Source: Bdellovibrionales bacterium (GTDB lineage: Bacteria; Bdellovibrionota; Bdellovibrionia; Bdellovibrionales; JAGQZY01). Taken from it: 64,000 nucleotides of DNA. Location: positions 22,605-86,604 of the forward strand of contig JAIEOS010000012.1 of NCBI GenBank assembly GCA_019750295.1, written 5' to 3'. A program made the translations under genes and the position numbers. The notes beneath the pieces are model-generated. The model saw nothing but the letters and a program-made list of their open reading frames with translations. It searched no databases and had not been told where the DNA came from. Every line of letters begins with the position of its first letter. The first letter of the stretch is position 1. Shown one piece after another: positions 62,365-64,000 of this stretch.

Positions 62365-63933
62365 CTAAAAAATAACCTTGTACCGTTTCCTGAGTGCCTT
62401 TGCGATGCGCTCCCGAACCGTCCATGCAACTCTCCTGTTACCGACGCCGAGCACGTTTCCCAAGCGATGTGTCCTATCGGTATCATTGAGGGGGGTGATG
62501 ACAATAGTGAGAAGGAGGCTTCCCACAAATACCTCACAAAATATTTGCTGCTTTGTGACAGCAACTTCGAGCATCTTCAATTCACCGAGACAGTTTCGCA
62601 TTTTTTCTGAATGCTCGATCATTTTGAACGGAGTATTTAGGTTTCTTATTAATATGTCTTCGTGAACGATAGTCCATTCGTCATTAAAGTGCTCCGTCAA
62701 TTCAAAACTAGGAACGTCTTTAGCTGCTCTCAATCGGGCCTCCTCCTGACGAGCACCCATGAAAAGTCCGATCCACCTATCAAAAGCTTTTATAGCGTTC
62801 ATATTTCTGCTGATACTGATACTTGGATTCTGAATGAAATGAATGATGGCGAAGCTAGCTGAGCTATTCTCAAAGTATTTTTTCAATACTCCATAATTTT
62901 TAAAAATTAAGATCGCAATCTCTTTATTTCTAGCAGTACCTTTCGACAGATCAAAACGGTGACGTAAAAACTTTTGTGAGCAGATAAGATTTATGAATTC
63001 CTCTCGCTTTTTGGGCTCTTTCGGCACGTATAGATGAGGGAAATAAACAAGTGGGGCTGAAATATGGATGGCGGGGAAAGTTCTACGCGTTCCAAGCTGA
63101 AGAAGTTTCCACCAGTTGCCGAACGCAACTTTCAAATCGTTTATGCCTAAAGATTGTAAATCGCTCCAGTCCTGATGTGCGGAACTATCGTATGTTTGTA
63201 AATACATAAGAGAATAAAACAGACGCAAGCCTACCTTTTTAAGGCTTCTGCCAGCTATAAGCTCACCAAGCATCGTTTCTACAAGTGATGAGCTAAAATA
63301 ACCCTCGCGCAGCCCGTAGGCTAAAACCGAAAGAGACGCTGGGCAAATTTTATCAAGTTGAATTATCCTCTCATGCTTTAAACGCTTACATAGCCAGTAA
63401 ACGTGAAAACCATCTTTTACATATTTGGAACAGAAACCCAATCCCTCTTTTTCCATTAGGAATAAAAAATACTTTTCAATTTTCTTTAAGAAAATACCGT
63501 ACCTTTGTAAACCTCTTCTGATTTTCCAAGCAACAGGAAATGGGGTGCGGCCAGATCTCCAAAAATCTCTCATGTCATCGTAGCTTGTACCAAATAAACA
63601 ATTTCCTCTTCGCAAAGTCGATAGCTTCCGTCCAAAGTTAAGGCTTACATGCGAAAAATATCCTCCGTCGAAATCTATATAGGCTCGCCATCTAGTGATT
63701 TTGCTCTGCTCTAAAGTCGTTACCTGTAGTACGTAAAGGTTGTATTCTTTAAAAAAGACAGTCGCGTGTGCATAATTTCCCTCCTCAAAACTAAATTGAT
63801 CGATGATTTGATCTTGTGTGATCTCGGAACTGCCACGATATCTAATATATCCTGCGTATTTTAAGTGTGAACCCATAACTTTATATAAATGGAACTTGGC
63901 CAAATAGATGACTGGAGATTTCTTCAGCTTCAT
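62365..63933 (-). CDS. Hypothetical protein, possibly PcfJ-like C-terminus
   Basis: 522 aa. The C-terminal LNTPFKMIEHSEKMRNCLGELKMLEVAVTKQQIFCEVF...LGVGNRRV recalls the PcfJ-like pattern (L..EG..m.HCv..y......if.v...q..g..N). This is a weak assignment from memory. Confidence 0.4.
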   Translation of the reverse strand: MKLKKSPVIYLAKFHLYKVMGSHLKYAGYIRYRGSSEITQDQIIDQFSFEEGNYAHATVFFKEYNLYVLQVTTLEQSKITRWRAYIDFDGGYFSHVSLNFGRKLSTLRRGNCLFGTSYDDMRDFWRSGRTPFPVAWKIRRGLQRYGIFLKKIEKYFLFLMEKEGLGFCSKYVKDGFHVYWLCKRLKHERIIQLDKICPASLSVLAYGLREGYFSSSLVETMLGELIAGRSLKKVGLRLFYSLMYLQTYDSSAHQDWSDLQSLGINDLKVAFGNWWKLLQLGTRRTFPAIHISAPLVYFPHLYVPKEPKKREEFINLICSQKFLRHRFDLSKGTARNKEIAILIFKNYGVLKKYFENSSASFAIIHFIQNPSISISRNMNAIKAFDRWIGLFMGARQEEARLRAAKDVPSFELTEHFNDEWTIVHEDILIRNLNTPFKMIEHSEKMRNCLGELKMLEVAVTKQQIFCEVFVGSLLLTIVITPLNDTDRTHRLGNVLGVGNRRVAWTVRERIAKALRKRYKVIF

Positions 63934-64000
63934 GTTGGTCTAATAGGCCTTCGTATCGGTAGACCTCGTAACTTCTCTCAAACCATATCCAAGTAGGCGT

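Larger units (their letters stand above)
50598..64000. mobile_element. Genomic island inserted downstream of tRNA-Leu (right boundary outside window)
   Basis: Core synteny ends at the tRNA. The following 13.4 kb hold a large serine recombinase, umuDC, defence-like genes and a tyrosine-recombinase-like gene. Spot GC counts on single 60-nt lines gave about 27% at 55.56 kb versus about 55% in flhA. Confidence 0.6.

Noticed and set aside
1-64000. CRISPR arrays, rRNA genes, IS elements with terminal inverted repeats
   Set aside because: Scanning the sequence and the ORF track by eye, I noticed no regularly spaced direct repeats, no rRNA-like segments and no transposase-like ORFs. A repeat finder should confirm this.

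Overview
All family assignments below come from motifs read by eye; no search was run. From gene content, the window looks like a chromosomal segment of a Bdellovibrio-like bacterium (Bdellovibrionota/Oligoflexia), but this is a guess. It has three parts. (1) 1-10.9 kb is an integrative element lying against the 3-prime end of tmRNA (ssrA, 10572-10922, minus). It carries a partial large serine recombinase at the window edge, an AEP primase-polymerase/DnaB-like helicase fusion and a short tyrosine recombinase. It also holds five XRE-type HTH genes, a secreted-protein/lipoprotein pair, and an XRE + tandem-HEPN gene pair. (2) 11-50.5 kb is core genome. It contains nnrD, a nitroreductase, TetR+SDR, lysine 2,3-aminomutase, PcrA/UvrD and a SPOR protein. 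An 11.3-kb flagellar export/regulation operon (fliL-M-N-O-P-Q-R-flhB-A-F-G-fliA) follows a textbook sigma-54 promoter. Then come a zincless Fpg, an RpoH-type sigma factor with a lysine-rich tail, and aspS. A Tad/Flp pilus locus follows, with two CpaF-like ATPases, a secretin, three prepilin-like genes, a REC-histidine-kinase hybrid, a 93-nt perfect palindrome and a ~595-aa Pro/Gln/Tyr/Gly-rich secreted protein. The block ends with folD-gcvT-gcvH. (3) 50.5-64 kb is a second island inserted directly after tRNA-Leu(UAG). It has a large serine recombinase and umuDC with a coupled third gene. It also has an RloC/PrrC-like coiled-coil ABC ATPase with a CxxC zinc hook, followed by a HEPN-like gene and an orphan gene. 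The rest is an 810-aa protein with a C-terminal tyrosine-recombinase catalytic domain and a 522-aa possibly PcfJ-like protein. No rRNA gene and no CRISPR array were seen. The best candidates for an undescribed system are the ABC-ATPase/HEPN-like/orphan cassette (54.9-58.9 kb) and the XRE/tandem-HEPN pair (8.8-10.3 kb).
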